Assembly: GCA_964633035.1 (NCBI GenBank)
Contig: CAZWCY010000002.1
Span: 320 to 64,319 of the forward strand
DNA: 64,000 nucleotides
From: an uncultured Candidatus Saccharibacteria bacterium
GTDB lineage: Bacteria; Patescibacteriota; Saccharimonadia; Saccharimonadales; Saccharimonadaceae
Direction of reading: 5' to 3'
In this document: one piece after another, positions 51,528 through 60,570 of the stretch
How positions within the stretch are numbered: the first letter of the stretch is position 1
Layout of the letters: every line of letters starts with the position of its first letter
Translations under genes and position numbers: made by a program
The notes under the pieces: generated by a model
Database searches by the model: none
What the model was told of the DNA's origin: nothing
Seen by the model: the letters and a program-made list of their open reading frames with translations, nothing else

Positions 51528-53486
51528 ATGGTTAAAAAACCACTTCCTAGCAAAGACTCTGTGGCCGAGACTGCCGTTATTAAGTCTAAGAACCAGCGCG
51601 GTCAGCACCCAATGCCGGTATTTTTGCGCGTACCCTGCACTATTCTTTTCATGGTAGTGCTTTCCATTTTTTTCACCTGGTTTATTCTCTGGCGGCAAAA
51701 TCTTTGCGACAGTGATGTGACCTGGCAATTTATTCAGGCTAAGCCAATTCTAGCCGAGTACAGTTTTATCGTCGTGTTCTGTCTCCTGGCCGTGCTCACC
51801 GCTATGACTTGGCGTCCGTTTTTTAGTGCCGGCCTGTTTTTCAGTATTATTAGTGTCATTACTTTTATTCATATCCAGAAATTCCAACTTCGGGCTGCAC
51901 CATTACTGCCGGAGGAGTTCCAGCTTGCCGACTCGGTTGGTAACCTCATCGAATTTATTGATATGGATGCGCTCTATCGACTGATTTTTGGTGTGATTTT
52001 TGTACTTATTGGGTCAATTCTGGCTGAATACTATTTACGTAAATTTTTAGGACGCGATCCCAAGCAGCTACCGTGGTGGAATCGCACTGCTTTGATTCCA
52101 CGGCTTACTTTCACCATGGTAGCCATGGCATTCCTCGCCGGTGTTACCAGCCCAATTATTAATCGGCGCAATCATGATTGGCTTGTTGACCTTGATCTCG
52201 TAGCTTGGAATCAAACCGAAAACTACGAGAACAATGGTTTTATCATCGGTTTTCTCTATAACCTCGGCAATGATATCGCTAAGCGACCAGAGGAGTACAG
52301 TGAAGAAACTATGATTACAATTGCCGATAAATACCGCGAACAAAAAGCCAAAGATACTACACGCCAAGATTGGGACGAGGTAGTAGATAATATTGTCATT
52401 ATTCTGAGCGAGACCTCTTACGATCCAGCTCTATTCAACAAATATTATAGCCATGCCGGCGGAGACGTCACGCCGTTCTTGCACCAACTTTTCCGTGAGT
52501 ATCCTAGTGGCTATATGTATTCCCCGGAGTACGGTGGCAATACCGCTAATGTGGAATTTGAAGTGCAAACCGGTCTCTCAAACTACTGGGCCATGACTTT
52601 CCCTTACGTCAACTTAGTTTCTAAAATGGATTATTTGGTTAGCGCCGCTGAATACGGTAGCATGATGTATGATTTCGCCACCATTGGTCTACATTCTTAT
52701 GATGGCTCGATGTACAAGCGCAATCTAGTTTACCGAGTACTGGGATATGATGAGTTTATTGATGCCTCCGGCATGAAGCATCAAGAACACGATGCCAGCA
52801 GTAACGTGATTAACGACCGCTCGATTTATAATGAAATCATTAGCTTCTTGAAGGATAACGACGCACCACAAGTAATTGGCGCTGTCACCATGCAGAACCA
52901 TGCGCCTTATAATCAAGCCCAGTATGAGAAATTAGAATTTCCACTTTACGACAAGATTGATGATTGGCACTCCATTGAATCAAGCTTCCAAAGCCTGCAC
53001 GAAGCCGACAAATATCTAGAGGATTTTATTGAGCAGCTTGATGAGCTAGACGAGCGTACTGTAGTACTCTGGTTTGGCGACCACGCCGCTGGCGCACTCG
53101 CCTCTTATATCGATTCTGACGACAAAAGCGAACGCGACCTCGCTCATCTCACGCCATACTTCATCTATGCCAATTTCGACATCGAAAGTCCTTATACTAT
53201 CCGTGAAGTTGCCGCGCTTAATCGCGAGCAAGGCTTCAGCTTTACTACTCGTGGTATTGACTTGCCAGTGGTTTCGCCAAACTGTCTACTCAATACCATG
53301 TATAACGTGCTGAATATTTCTAAACCTTCAATGTATTATCTGGTTGACGAGGTCTGCGAAGAAGTGCCAATTTTGACTCGGCCATACCAAGGTAATAACG
53401 TAGTAGAGACGATTCCGGCATTGAAAGAATACCAGCTAGTGAACTACGACATCTTGAATGGTGAGAGATATTGGGATGGGATGTAA
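51528..53486 (+). CDS. LTA synthase family (alkaline phosphatase/sulfatase fold) membrane protein
   Basis: About 5 TM segments, ILSET, GGNTANVEFE, TMQNHAPY, FGDH. Confidence 0.88.
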   Translation: MVKKPLPSKDSVAETAVIKSKNQRGQHPMPVFLRVPCTILFMVVLSIFFTWFILWRQNLCDSDVTWQFIQAKPILAEYSFIVVFCLLAVLTAMTWRPFFSAGLFFSIISVITFIHIQKFQLRAAPLLPEEFQLADSVGNLIEFIDMDALYRLIFGVIFVLIGSILAEYYLRKFLGRDPKQLPWWNRTALIPRLTFTMVAMAFLAGVTSPIINRRNHDWLVDLDLVAWNQTENYENNGFIIGFLYNLGNDIAKRPEEYSEETMITIADKYREQKAKDTTRQDWDEVVDNIVIILSETSYDPALFNKYYSHAGGDVTPFLHQLFREYPSGYMYSPEYGGNTANVEFEVQTGLSNYWAMTFPYVNLVSKMDYLVSAAEYGSMMYDFATIGLHSYDGSMYKRNLVYRVLGYDEFIDASGMKHQEHDASSNVINDRSIYNEIISFLKDNDAPQVIGAVTMQNHAPYNQAQYEKLEFPLYDKIDDWHSIESSFQSLHEADKYLEDFIEQLDELDERTVVLWFGDHAAGALASYIDSDDKSERDLAHLTPYFIYANFDIESPYTIREVAALNREQGFSFTTRGIDLPVVSPNCLLNTMYNVLNISKPSMYYLVDEVCEEVPILTRPYQGNNVVETIPALKEYQLVNYDILNGERYWDGM

Positions 53487-53592
53487 ACCGCAACCGTGCT
53501 AACGATGAAATCGACAAACCAGTCGGGAATTTTAGGAATAAAAATCGGGCACCCATTCATGGGTGCCCTAACGCAAGAACTTAATACTTTGC

Positions 53593-54114
53593 CTATAAAC
53601 GTAGTTTAGAACGAGCGATAGCATACTGAGAAAAACTTGTCTCTGCAGCTCCATCTGTGCTAATCTCCGAATACAACCGCCTGTAGTTTTGGTAATCCCT
53701 GTGATCTAGACGGTCACAGATTAGTATTGTAACGCTATAAACGGCCACTGCCAGTACAGATATAGCAAGTGCCCGTACATATGCCACGGTGACCTCCTTA
53801 AGGCCAGCAGCAACCAGCCATGCCCCTACACCACACCATAACGTGCCGTATATCGGGCTTTCAACAAGATCTACCGTTGCGCCTTTATTTCGCTCGCTAT
53901 AGAGAGCCGTATAGCCGTATCTTTCCCAAGATTTACCTTCGATGAAACCGACCAAACAGAACAAACCTACTTCAAAGATAATGCCACCTGATTTCGAAAA
54001 CAGTCCTCGCCCGCTAAAACTCAGGTAAACTGAGATAATCAGCAACGCCAAAGATACTAACACATAGAACCCCATCAACTTGAGGTAGCTCAAGCGCAGT
54101 TTGGTTTTTACCAT
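53593..54114 (-). CDS. Membrane protein, ORFan-like
   Basis: About 4 hydrophobic segments, AAGGGGG RBS, own promoter at about 54197-54225. Confidence 0.65.
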   Translation of the reverse strand: MVKTKLRLSYLKLMGFYVLVSLALLIISVYLSFSGRGLFSKSGGIIFEVGLFCLVGFIEGKSWERYGYTALYSERNKGATVDLVESPIYGTLWCGVGAWLVAAGLKEVTVAYVRALAISVLAVAVYSVTILICDRLDHRDYQNYRRLYSEISTDGAAETSFSQYAIARSKLRL

Positions 54115-54228
54115 TAGAATTCCCCCTTCTTCAAATCCCTAAAGCATTGGTTCCAGTCTTTGCGCTAAAAGTACCAGAGTTTTCACTCCGTCTTTTCATT
54201 ATAGCACACTTTTACGATTTTGTCTAGG

Positions 54229-54292
54229 TTTTGAACACTAGATTTGTTCATTTTTCCACAGAAACTGGCCTAAATGTTGTGAATTTTACAAC
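54229..54292. repeat. 64-bp dispersed repeat (copy at 62776-62839) containing two palindromes
   Basis: GAACA-N7-TGTTC, TTTTCCACA, GTTGT-N7-ACAAC; first 37 bp differ at one position. Confidence 0.8.
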
Positions 54293-54295
54293 GTT

Positions 54296-55714
54296 TTAGC
54301 TCTTTGGGAAAAGCGGTGTGGCTGGTGGCACAATTTGCTCGGCCGTAAAGATCATCGCAATTTGCTCGGCAGTTTCCGGCAAAAAGATCGCCAACATCCG
54401 ATTAGCCTTTAGTAGATCCGTTGCCAAACCTTGCAGAACCTGCCGCAACTTCTCAGTTTCGCCATTTTTGGCTAGCTCCCAAGGCTTTTCTTCGTCAATT
54501 CGCTTATTTAGTTCCTGAATCTTACTCCAAACGTGATCAAACGCCTTTGAAAACTCAAATCGATCCATCAATTCACAAAATTCTGTTGGCAAATCTTCTG
54601 TCGCCGCTACACCAGCAATACCGTTCTTCTTACACAAAGTCGCCAAACGCTGTACCAAGTTACCCAAGTCATTCGCCAGCTCGTTATTGTAAGCATTCTC
54701 GTACTTTTCCATGCTAAAATCCGCATCAGCAAAAGTATCCACATGCCGCAAGAAGTAGTAGCGGAAAGCTGGCAAGCCCTTGAGGTCAAGCACCTCAATC
54801 GGATCAATCACGTTACCAATGCTTTTGCTCATCTTTTGACCATTCGCCAAAATGTAGCCGTGTGTAACAATATTGCGTGGCAATTCCAAGCCGATACCGA
54901 GCAAAATTGCTGGCCAAATAATCGCATGGAACCGCAAAATATCTTTACCCACAAAATGCGCCGTGGCCGGCCAGTATTCTGCCAGCTCCGCTCCATCCGG
55001 ATACCCCAATACACTAATGTAGTTGGACAGTGCATCAATCCAGACGTACATAATCTGATCTTCATCGCCCGGTACCGGCACGCCCCAAGACAACTGCTTG
55101 CGCGGACGCGAAATCGACACATCCGGCGCATCCTCTAAGAGCTTCAGCATTTCTTGTTTACGAAATTCCGGTGTAATCTTCAGCTGATCTGACTCAATTG
55201 CGGTGCGAATCTGTTCTTTAAAATCACCAATCCGTAGGTAATAATTCTTCTCGGATAGGCGCTGGTAAGGCTTGCAATGGTCTGGACACTCACCATGATT
55301 TTCTTCGTATTCCTTCTCCGTTACAAAGCGCTCACAGCCTTCACAGTACCAACCGTCATAATCAGCGCTATAGATATGTGGCTCCAGGGCTTTCCAAACG
55401 GCTTGACAAGCCTCGACATGCTGCGGGCCGGTGGTACGTACAAAATCGGTATAAGAAATCTTTAGTCGATCAATAAAATCACGGAATTTATCAGAATTGA
55501 TACGCACGTATTCTTCTACTGGAATTTGATTTTTCTCGGCAGTACTGAAAACTTTGTTACCGTGTTCATCAGTGCCAACCTGAAATTTGACCTCATCACC
55601 CTGCGCCCGACGATAGCGCGCATAAGTATCCGCCAAAAGATAATCCATCGCATGCCCAATATGCGGGTTACCGTTGACATAAGGAATTGCTGTACAGATA
55701 TAAACTTTTGACAT
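54296..55714 (-). CDS. metG: Methionine--tRNA ligase
   Basis: PYVNG.PHIGH, YVWIDAL, GKDILRFH, KMSKS; start set at ATG 55714. Confidence 0.97.
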   Translation of the reverse strand: MSKVYICTAIPYVNGNPHIGHAMDYLLADTYARYRRAQGDEVKFQVGTDEHGNKVFSTAEKNQIPVEEYVRINSDKFRDFIDRLKISYTDFVRTTGPQHVEACQAVWKALEPHIYSADYDGWYCEGCERFVTEKEYEENHGECPDHCKPYQRLSEKNYYLRIGDFKEQIRTAIESDQLKITPEFRKQEMLKLLEDAPDVSISRPRKQLSWGVPVPGDEDQIMYVWIDALSNYISVLGYPDGAELAEYWPATAHFVGKDILRFHAIIWPAILLGIGLELPRNIVTHGYILANGQKMSKSIGNVIDPIEVLDLKGLPAFRYYFLRHVDTFADADFSMEKYENAYNNELANDLGNLVQRLATLCKKNGIAGVAATEDLPTEFCELMDRFEFSKAFDHVWSKIQELNKRIDEEKPWELAKNGETEKLRQVLQGLATDLLKANRMLAIFLPETAEQIAMIFTAEQIVPPATPLFPKS

Positions 55715-55858
55715 AATACCATTATTATACCATATCTTTGCTGTAATTGGGCGATTTTGGCTGGCAAGGCGGTTTCGTTTTGCTTCTATCTCGCAGCAGT
55801 TTGGCATCAAAACAAAGCAAAAGGCGCCCCAAATGGAGCGCCAAGGCAGTTTGAGAAA

Positions 55859-56230
55859 TTACGGATCGTCGAACCAGTCGTCGTCCCAACGGATACCCTC
55901 ACGAGGGTGACGATAGCGACACCAACGGCCCTGCTGACTATCTCGGTAAATATCGCAGCCGCGGTAATAACGATCACTCCGATAGCGATTGCGCCGCCGG
56001 CCGTTGAGCAGCCAGCGAATCAGCGCCACCACCGCCACGATCGCCAGAATCAGCAGCAGAGCCACGAAAACCATCACGAGATGCGCAATCAGATATCCGA
56101 TCACCAACGCACCACCGATCAAAGTTCCACCCAGCGCGGCAGCCGTAGCCCGAAAGCCCGGCCCCAGAAAGGAGCCAACGATACAGATGACAACCCCGAG
56201 CACAATAACCGCTTGCAGTGTTTGTGACAT
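55859..56230 (-). CDS. Small membrane protein with Arg-rich tail
   Basis: AAGGGGG RBS, long hydrophobic region followed by an R-rich C-terminus. Confidence 0.65.
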   Translation of the reverse strand: MSQTLQAVIVLGVVICIVGSFLGPGFRATAAALGGTLIGGALVIGYLIAHLVMVFVALLLILAIVAVVALIRWLLNGRRRNRYRSDRYYRGCDIYRDSQQGRWCRYRHPREGIRWDDDWFDDP

Positions 56231-56303
56231 ACAAATCCCCCTTTTCTTAGTCACAATTTCTGATTAGGTATACTAGATATACTTGCCGTTTCTTGCTGAG
56301 ATA

Positions 56304-56585
56304 TTAGTCTGACCTCCTTTTATGGAAATGTCGGCCTTCGCGATAGTAGTTGTAAAAACCATAAATCGCCAGGAGTATTACAGCTACGATGACGATGATT
56401 CTGGTAATAAACTTACCGAAAATACCGCACAGCAGCCAATACACCGATAGTCCCAGCATAGTGCCGCTCGTGCTAGCCAAGATACTGCCAATCTTTCCAC
56501 CACCAGTTTTTTGTAAAATTATCCAGATGATGATGCCGATTGCGGCATAAATCGCCGCTAACAGAAATGCTTTCACTAATCTCAC
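56304..56585 (-). CDS. Small 3-TM membrane protein
   Basis: 93 aa, hydrophobic; GTG start at the end of a G9 run. Confidence 0.6.
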   Translation of the reverse strand: MRLVKAFLLAAIYAAIGIIIWIILQKTGGGKIGSILASTSGTMLGLSVYWLLCGIFGKFITRIIVIVAVILLAIYGFYNYYREGRHFHKRRSD

Positions 56586-56896
56586 CCCCCCCCAATATAG
56601 TATATATTAAACCAGAAATAGCACTATTTTAGTCACGTTTTGCTGAATTAATGGCAAAATAGTGCTATTTTGGCGACTTTTTACTAAATTAACAGTAGAA
56701 TATTAGCAAAATCCTTGTAATTCCCTAAACTTTAAGGTACGGATAGGAGTTCTCACCCCCTATCCTTCCATTATAGCACACCATAAGCGATTTGTCAATA
56801 GCCTCGTATGTTCTCTGCTCTGAATATGAAATACGGTAAACCCTTGAAACTACCTCGACACCCAAAGAACACTAGGTTGAGGTATATCATTGTAGT

Positions 56897-58381
56897 TTAT
56901 TCCGTCGTTTTTAAAATACATCGAGCAGCCAAACCATAAAAGCGCCCCACTCCGCCATTCATAGAAAAGTCCGCCGATACTGAAACAGTGCCGTTTTGTA
57001 TACTAAAACCGTATGCCCCATCGACATACGACCCGTGGTAGCCTGTACGCGACCACCAGTAACCGCCATCAGCATTTTTGAATTCTCCGATATAAAAATT
57101 GCCAGTATTTAAAAAGTGGTAAGGGTTATTTTGAAGTTCCAACGCGCTAGGATTACCGGCTGAGCTATACAGCACGGCAAACTCTCCGGTATCGCCACCA
57201 TTTGGGAGTCTCCATCCTTTAGGACATATATCATTTGTAGAATTACTACCTTTATTCGAGGTGCATGTACCAGCGGTAGCAACACAATATGTATAATATG
57301 CCGTATCTAAATCAACATTATAATAGGCACTTTTGTATGTAGTATTAAAATTAGCCGCATTTGATGTTGGAAGTTCATAACCGGAGGTCGGTACATTAGA
57401 TTCTTCATTGGTTAGTAGCATTGTCTCAGCATCCGACCCAGTTAATCGCAAATTATCAACCATCCAACATCTACCATCCTGCAACTTAGATATTTTATAT
57501 TTATTTGACACTGCATTTCCCCTAATGACTGGATACGTGCGACTATCCATTAGAACTATCGAAGGTACAGTGTTAGAACTTTTTGGAGTGGTTACTTGAT
57601 TGCAAATCTCTGGAGTCATTTCCTGCATAGTAGTAATTCCAGAATCAACGCCATTAGACCACTGTGCCCCTACTATCTTTGGTGTCGCCACCAAGCTTAA
57701 TACTCCACTACCTCTATAATGCCCAGCTTCAGCACTAGTAGAGAACTTAGCCCCAAAGGTAAGGTTCTTAGTGAAGCTTACTGCGCCATTACTATCAAGT
57801 GGTACTAGTGTACTATTAGTTAATGTAGCGCCGGTAGTAGATGGTGCGGTATAACTTGTTGCATTATCCCACTTATATCCCCAAGTATTATCATTAGTCA
57901 CATTACCAGGCACAATAGTAGTGCTACCATTAGTAAGATTAGCATTATCTACTTTAAGACTAAGACTATAGCTTTCTGCATTATCTACACTTACTGTTAC
58001 ATTAGTACTTACTGTAGCAGTACTACCTGGAGTAATAGCAGAGCTGGTCATGTTAGGATTACTTAGTGATAAGGAAGCAGTAGTAGCAGCAGAACACTTA
58101 TCTCCACCCATAAGACTAACTAGGCTAATCATGCTTAAACACAAAATCGCAAACGTAGTATTATTTAACTTATTACTATTAAACAACTTAGCCCTACAAA
58201 AGGTATGGGCGCAAGACTTAACGCAAGGAATACTATATAACACATTAGACTTCACATTCTTCTTCTCATAATTGCAGTTATTTACACTATTAAGACTACT
58301 ATTGCGAGAAGCACTTTTCTTCATATTTAATAATATTGGAATACTATGAAGCTTAAAGTTAATATGTCTTTTGCGTTGCAT
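56897..58381 (-). CDS. Surface protein with C-terminal Fib_succ_major (CLec-fold) domain; paralog of 26471-28066
   Basis: MQRKRHINFK start shared with the paralog; NTWGY, FGAKF, CWMVDNL, ICPKGWRLP, YWWSRT, ARC. Confidence 0.87.
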   Translation of the reverse strand: MQRKRHINFKLHSIPILLNMKKSASRNSSLNSVNNCNYEKKNVKSNVLYSIPCVKSCAHTFCRAKLFNSNKLNNTTFAILCLSMISLVSLMGGDKCSAATTASLSLSNPNMTSSAITPGSTATVSTNVTVSVDNAESYSLSLKVDNANLTNGSTTIVPGNVTNDNTWGYKWDNATSYTAPSTTGATLTNSTLVPLDSNGAVSFTKNLTFGAKFSTSAEAGHYRGSGVLSLVATPKIVGAQWSNGVDSGITTMQEMTPEICNQVTTPKSSNTVPSIVLMDSRTYPVIRGNAVSNKYKISKLQDGRCWMVDNLRLTGSDAETMLLTNEESNVPTSGYELPTSNAANFNTTYKSAYYNVDLDTAYYTYCVATAGTCTSNKGSNSTNDICPKGWRLPNGGDTGEFAVLYSSAGNPSALELQNNPYHFLNTGNFYIGEFKNADGGYWWSRTGYHGSYVDGAYGFSIQNGTVSVSADFSMNGGVGRFYGLAARCILKTTE

Positions 58382-58502
58382 CTTTTGCGCCCTCCTTTTG
58401 TAGGTTTTGTAGAGCTAAAATATACGCAATTATTTAGCTCTAGGATTTAGTATATATACATTCTCATAATGCTGTCTTGCATCTATAAGTAATAGGACGA
58501 TA

Positions 58503-58635
58503 CAAAAATGGCACCACGAGAGGGTGTCGAATCCATGTCAGTATTTGCGCAACTATACGTTGAACGCGAAACTGCTCGTGATGCCATCTATGGCGTCCAA
58601 GCATAGTTTTGCAAAACTAACATGTAATTCGACAC
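58503..58635 (-). ncRNA. Pseudoknotted 5' leader RNA motif, copy 3
   Basis: After TGTTATAAT; GTGTCGAAT (58635-58627) pairs with ATTCGACAC (58532-58524); loop ATGGCATCACGAG (58587-58575) pairs with CTCGTGGTGCCAT (58520-58508); T-run follows. Confidence 0.72.
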
Positions 58636-58776
58636 TCCTATTATAACATATAATAAACAGTACTGAATTAAATTTGTAAAAATCCAGCTACGAAAATGAT
58701 ACCCGAAACAAAATAAATAGCCATAAAAACAAGCTAGTGCTTGTTATTTTCGAGAAATTTGCTATATAATCAACCC

Positions 58777-59078
58777 GTATGGGCAGCTAGGCACTTTGAC
58801 AGGATAGGGTGTGGAGTCTTTGAGGCTGAACTTGTTTTTGAAATTTAGGTCTAAAAAGTAGAATACAGGAGGTAAAAATGGTGCAAATATTTTCTCTATT
58901 TTTACAGTTGGTGATTGCCATTCTCAACCGCGAGAAAAGCAATTGCCAACAAACAATTATTGTCGTTGTAATAAACAACGACAATAACAAAACCTTATAG
59001 TTTGATTATACCCTGTCAATACGATAATGTCTAGCGTGGGAAATTGCTATTTAGTTAGTGGTTTTCCACAGCCCATAC
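58777..59078 (+). ncRNA. Structured ~300-nt fold-back RNA enclosing a small ORF
   Basis: TATAAT at 58765-58770; nested 5'/3' helices GTATGGGC/GCCCATAC, GCTAGGCA/TGTCTAGC, TTGACAGG/CCTGTCAA; GU-rich hairpin at 59036-59069. Confidence 0.6.
58878..59000 (+). CDS. 40-aa hydrophobic peptide MVQIFSLFLQLVIAILNREKSNCQQTIIVVVINNDNNKTL
   Basis: AGGAGGT RBS at 58867-58873; too short for the ORF track. Confidence 0.5.
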   Translation: MVQIFSLFLQLVIAILNREKSNCQQTIIVVVINNDNNKTL

Positions 59079-59154
59079 CCGCAATTCAGGTTTTAAACTA
59101 CATTTACGACCATTAGTTTATGCAAAATTCAAAACTTATTTAGGATCGGAACTG

Positions 59155-59340
59155 GGCGACACACCGCACTGCGTTGCCGTTGCGGCGGTTGTTGTTGTTT
59201 GTACCTGGGTTCACGTTGCTGCTATTGATGTTCAAGTTGTACGCGTTGGTACCGCTGTTCGCCGTACGCGACCACCAGACGCCATACTGGCCAGAGAGAT
59301 CGCTAGTAGAGCTATTGTTCATTTGCCCGGTATAAGCGAA
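59155..59340 (-). mobile_element. DGR template-repeat (TR)-like segment, with no adjacent RT
   Basis: Isolated copy of the CLec C-terminus with 13 AAC and 2 AAT codons at variable positions (WWSRTANSGTNAYNLNINSSNVNPGTNNNNRRNGNAVRCVA). Confidence 0.85.
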
Positions 59341-59540
59341 ATGTCTTCATCCGCGCATAGACAAGAAATCCTTTGCTATTAGCTCAAACCATAGCCTAAA
59401 CTAGTTCTCAGACCTCTCACGCCGGATTTTTACGACTTTTGAGGAGGATTTCTCGATCCTAAGATCAGGATACCGCAGGTCGCCGGAGCTTGACCTCAAT
59501 TGCTTCCGTTGGAGTCCATGAAGGCTTAACTTCACCTCTT

Positions 59541-59550
59541 AATTATAGCA
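59541..59550 (-). promoter_or_regulatory. Extended -10 promoter for the putative TR RNA
   Basis: TGCTATAAT about 200 nt upstream of the TR, with no CDS in between. Confidence 0.6.
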
Positions 59551-59705
59551 TAAAAATACTTATCCTAAAGCCTTCTTAAGCTCCTTTAACCTCACATCGC
59601 AGTCATACCGCACTTATGCTTATAAACGCCTAGAGGGCGAATTTAAGGCCTCTAGTGGCATTTTGACATTAAAAAATATCGCCAAAACCAGTTTTTTAGC
59701 CAAAA

Positions 59706-60476
59706 TTAACCCTTTTTCGTCGCTAAATCCAAATTTTCCCAATCCCACAAACTCAAATCTTGTGCACGTGCATCCGGATTAATACTATTCTGCTTCAGCA
59801 GTTCGCGCCACTGCTCGCGCGAAATCTGCCCATCGGCTAGCACGCCAGCCAGTTTCTTGCGCGGGCTAGCAAATCCACGCTCCGCCAGCTTTAAGCACTC
59901 CGGATTCACTATCGGTGATGCTAATGGAGTCAGTACCAAAACCCGGCTATCAACTTTCGGTGGCGGCGTGAATTCCTCCGCTTTCACCACTGGACCCAGT
60001 TCTACCTCAGCTAAATTCTGCGTCATTAGCGCCAATAAATTATAATCTCCGGCGTCCGCCGCAATCCGCTCAGTTACTTCTTTTTGCATTAAAAGTACAA
60101 TCTTGGCCGGGCTTGGCGTTACCGCAAGCATTTTACGTACAATTGGCGAAGTGATGTAATAAGGAATATTCCCTGCCACCGCGTAAGGCTGATTCTGCAC
60201 CAATCCTACCAGATCAATCTTTAGAATATCATCCTCTACGACCTGCAAATTCTTACCCGGAAAAGAACCCGGCAATTTGCGCGCTAAGTCTGCATCATAT
60301 TCTATCGCAATTACTTTCTCAAAACGCCTCAGTAAGCTCGAAGTTAGCGTGCCTAATCCTGGGCCAATTTCTACACAAAGCTTCACATCCGAAACTACTG
60401 CTAAATCCGCGATTTCGTCCAAAATTGCGCGATTATTTAGCCAATGCTGTCCTAGTGATTTCTTATTTTTCATCAT
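59706..60476 (-). CDS. rsmA: 16S rRNA adenine dimethyltransferase KsgA
   Basis: KSLGQHWL, EIGPGLGTLT, GNIPYYITSP, QKEV..R, PPPKVDS. Confidence 0.96.
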   Translation of the reverse strand: MMKNKKSLGQHWLNNRAILDEIADLAVVSDVKLCVEIGPGLGTLTSSLLRRFEKVIAIEYDADLARKLPGSFPGKNLQVVEDDILKIDLVGLVQNQPYAVAGNIPYYITSPIVRKMLAVTPSPAKIVLLMQKEVTERIAADAGDYNLLALMTQNLAEVELGPVVKAEEFTPPPKVDSRVLVLTPLASPIVNPECLKLAERGFASPRKKLAGVLADGQISREQWRELLKQNSINPDARAQDLSLWDWENLDLATKKG

Positions 60477-60570
60477 ATTATTAATACTTTCTGTTGAATC
60501 TTCTCATCAATATACTTAGAAAACCATGTTATTGACAGTCAGTAAACATTATTGCTATCATGTATCCTAG

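Noticed and set aside
56897-57120. Adjacent gene as the cognate VR of the TR
   Set aside because: Shares only CTGGTGGTCGCGTAC (15 nt); the remainder has indels and many non-A differences
58777-59078. tmRNA, RNase P RNA or retron msr-msd identity for the fold-back RNA
   Set aside because: Lacks tRNA-like ends, the GAGGAAAGUCC motif and an adjacent RT
59140-59322. 60-aa Asn-rich ORF as a real protein
   Set aside because: No RBS, homology begins upstream of its ATG, and the AAC bias is better explained by a non-coding TR
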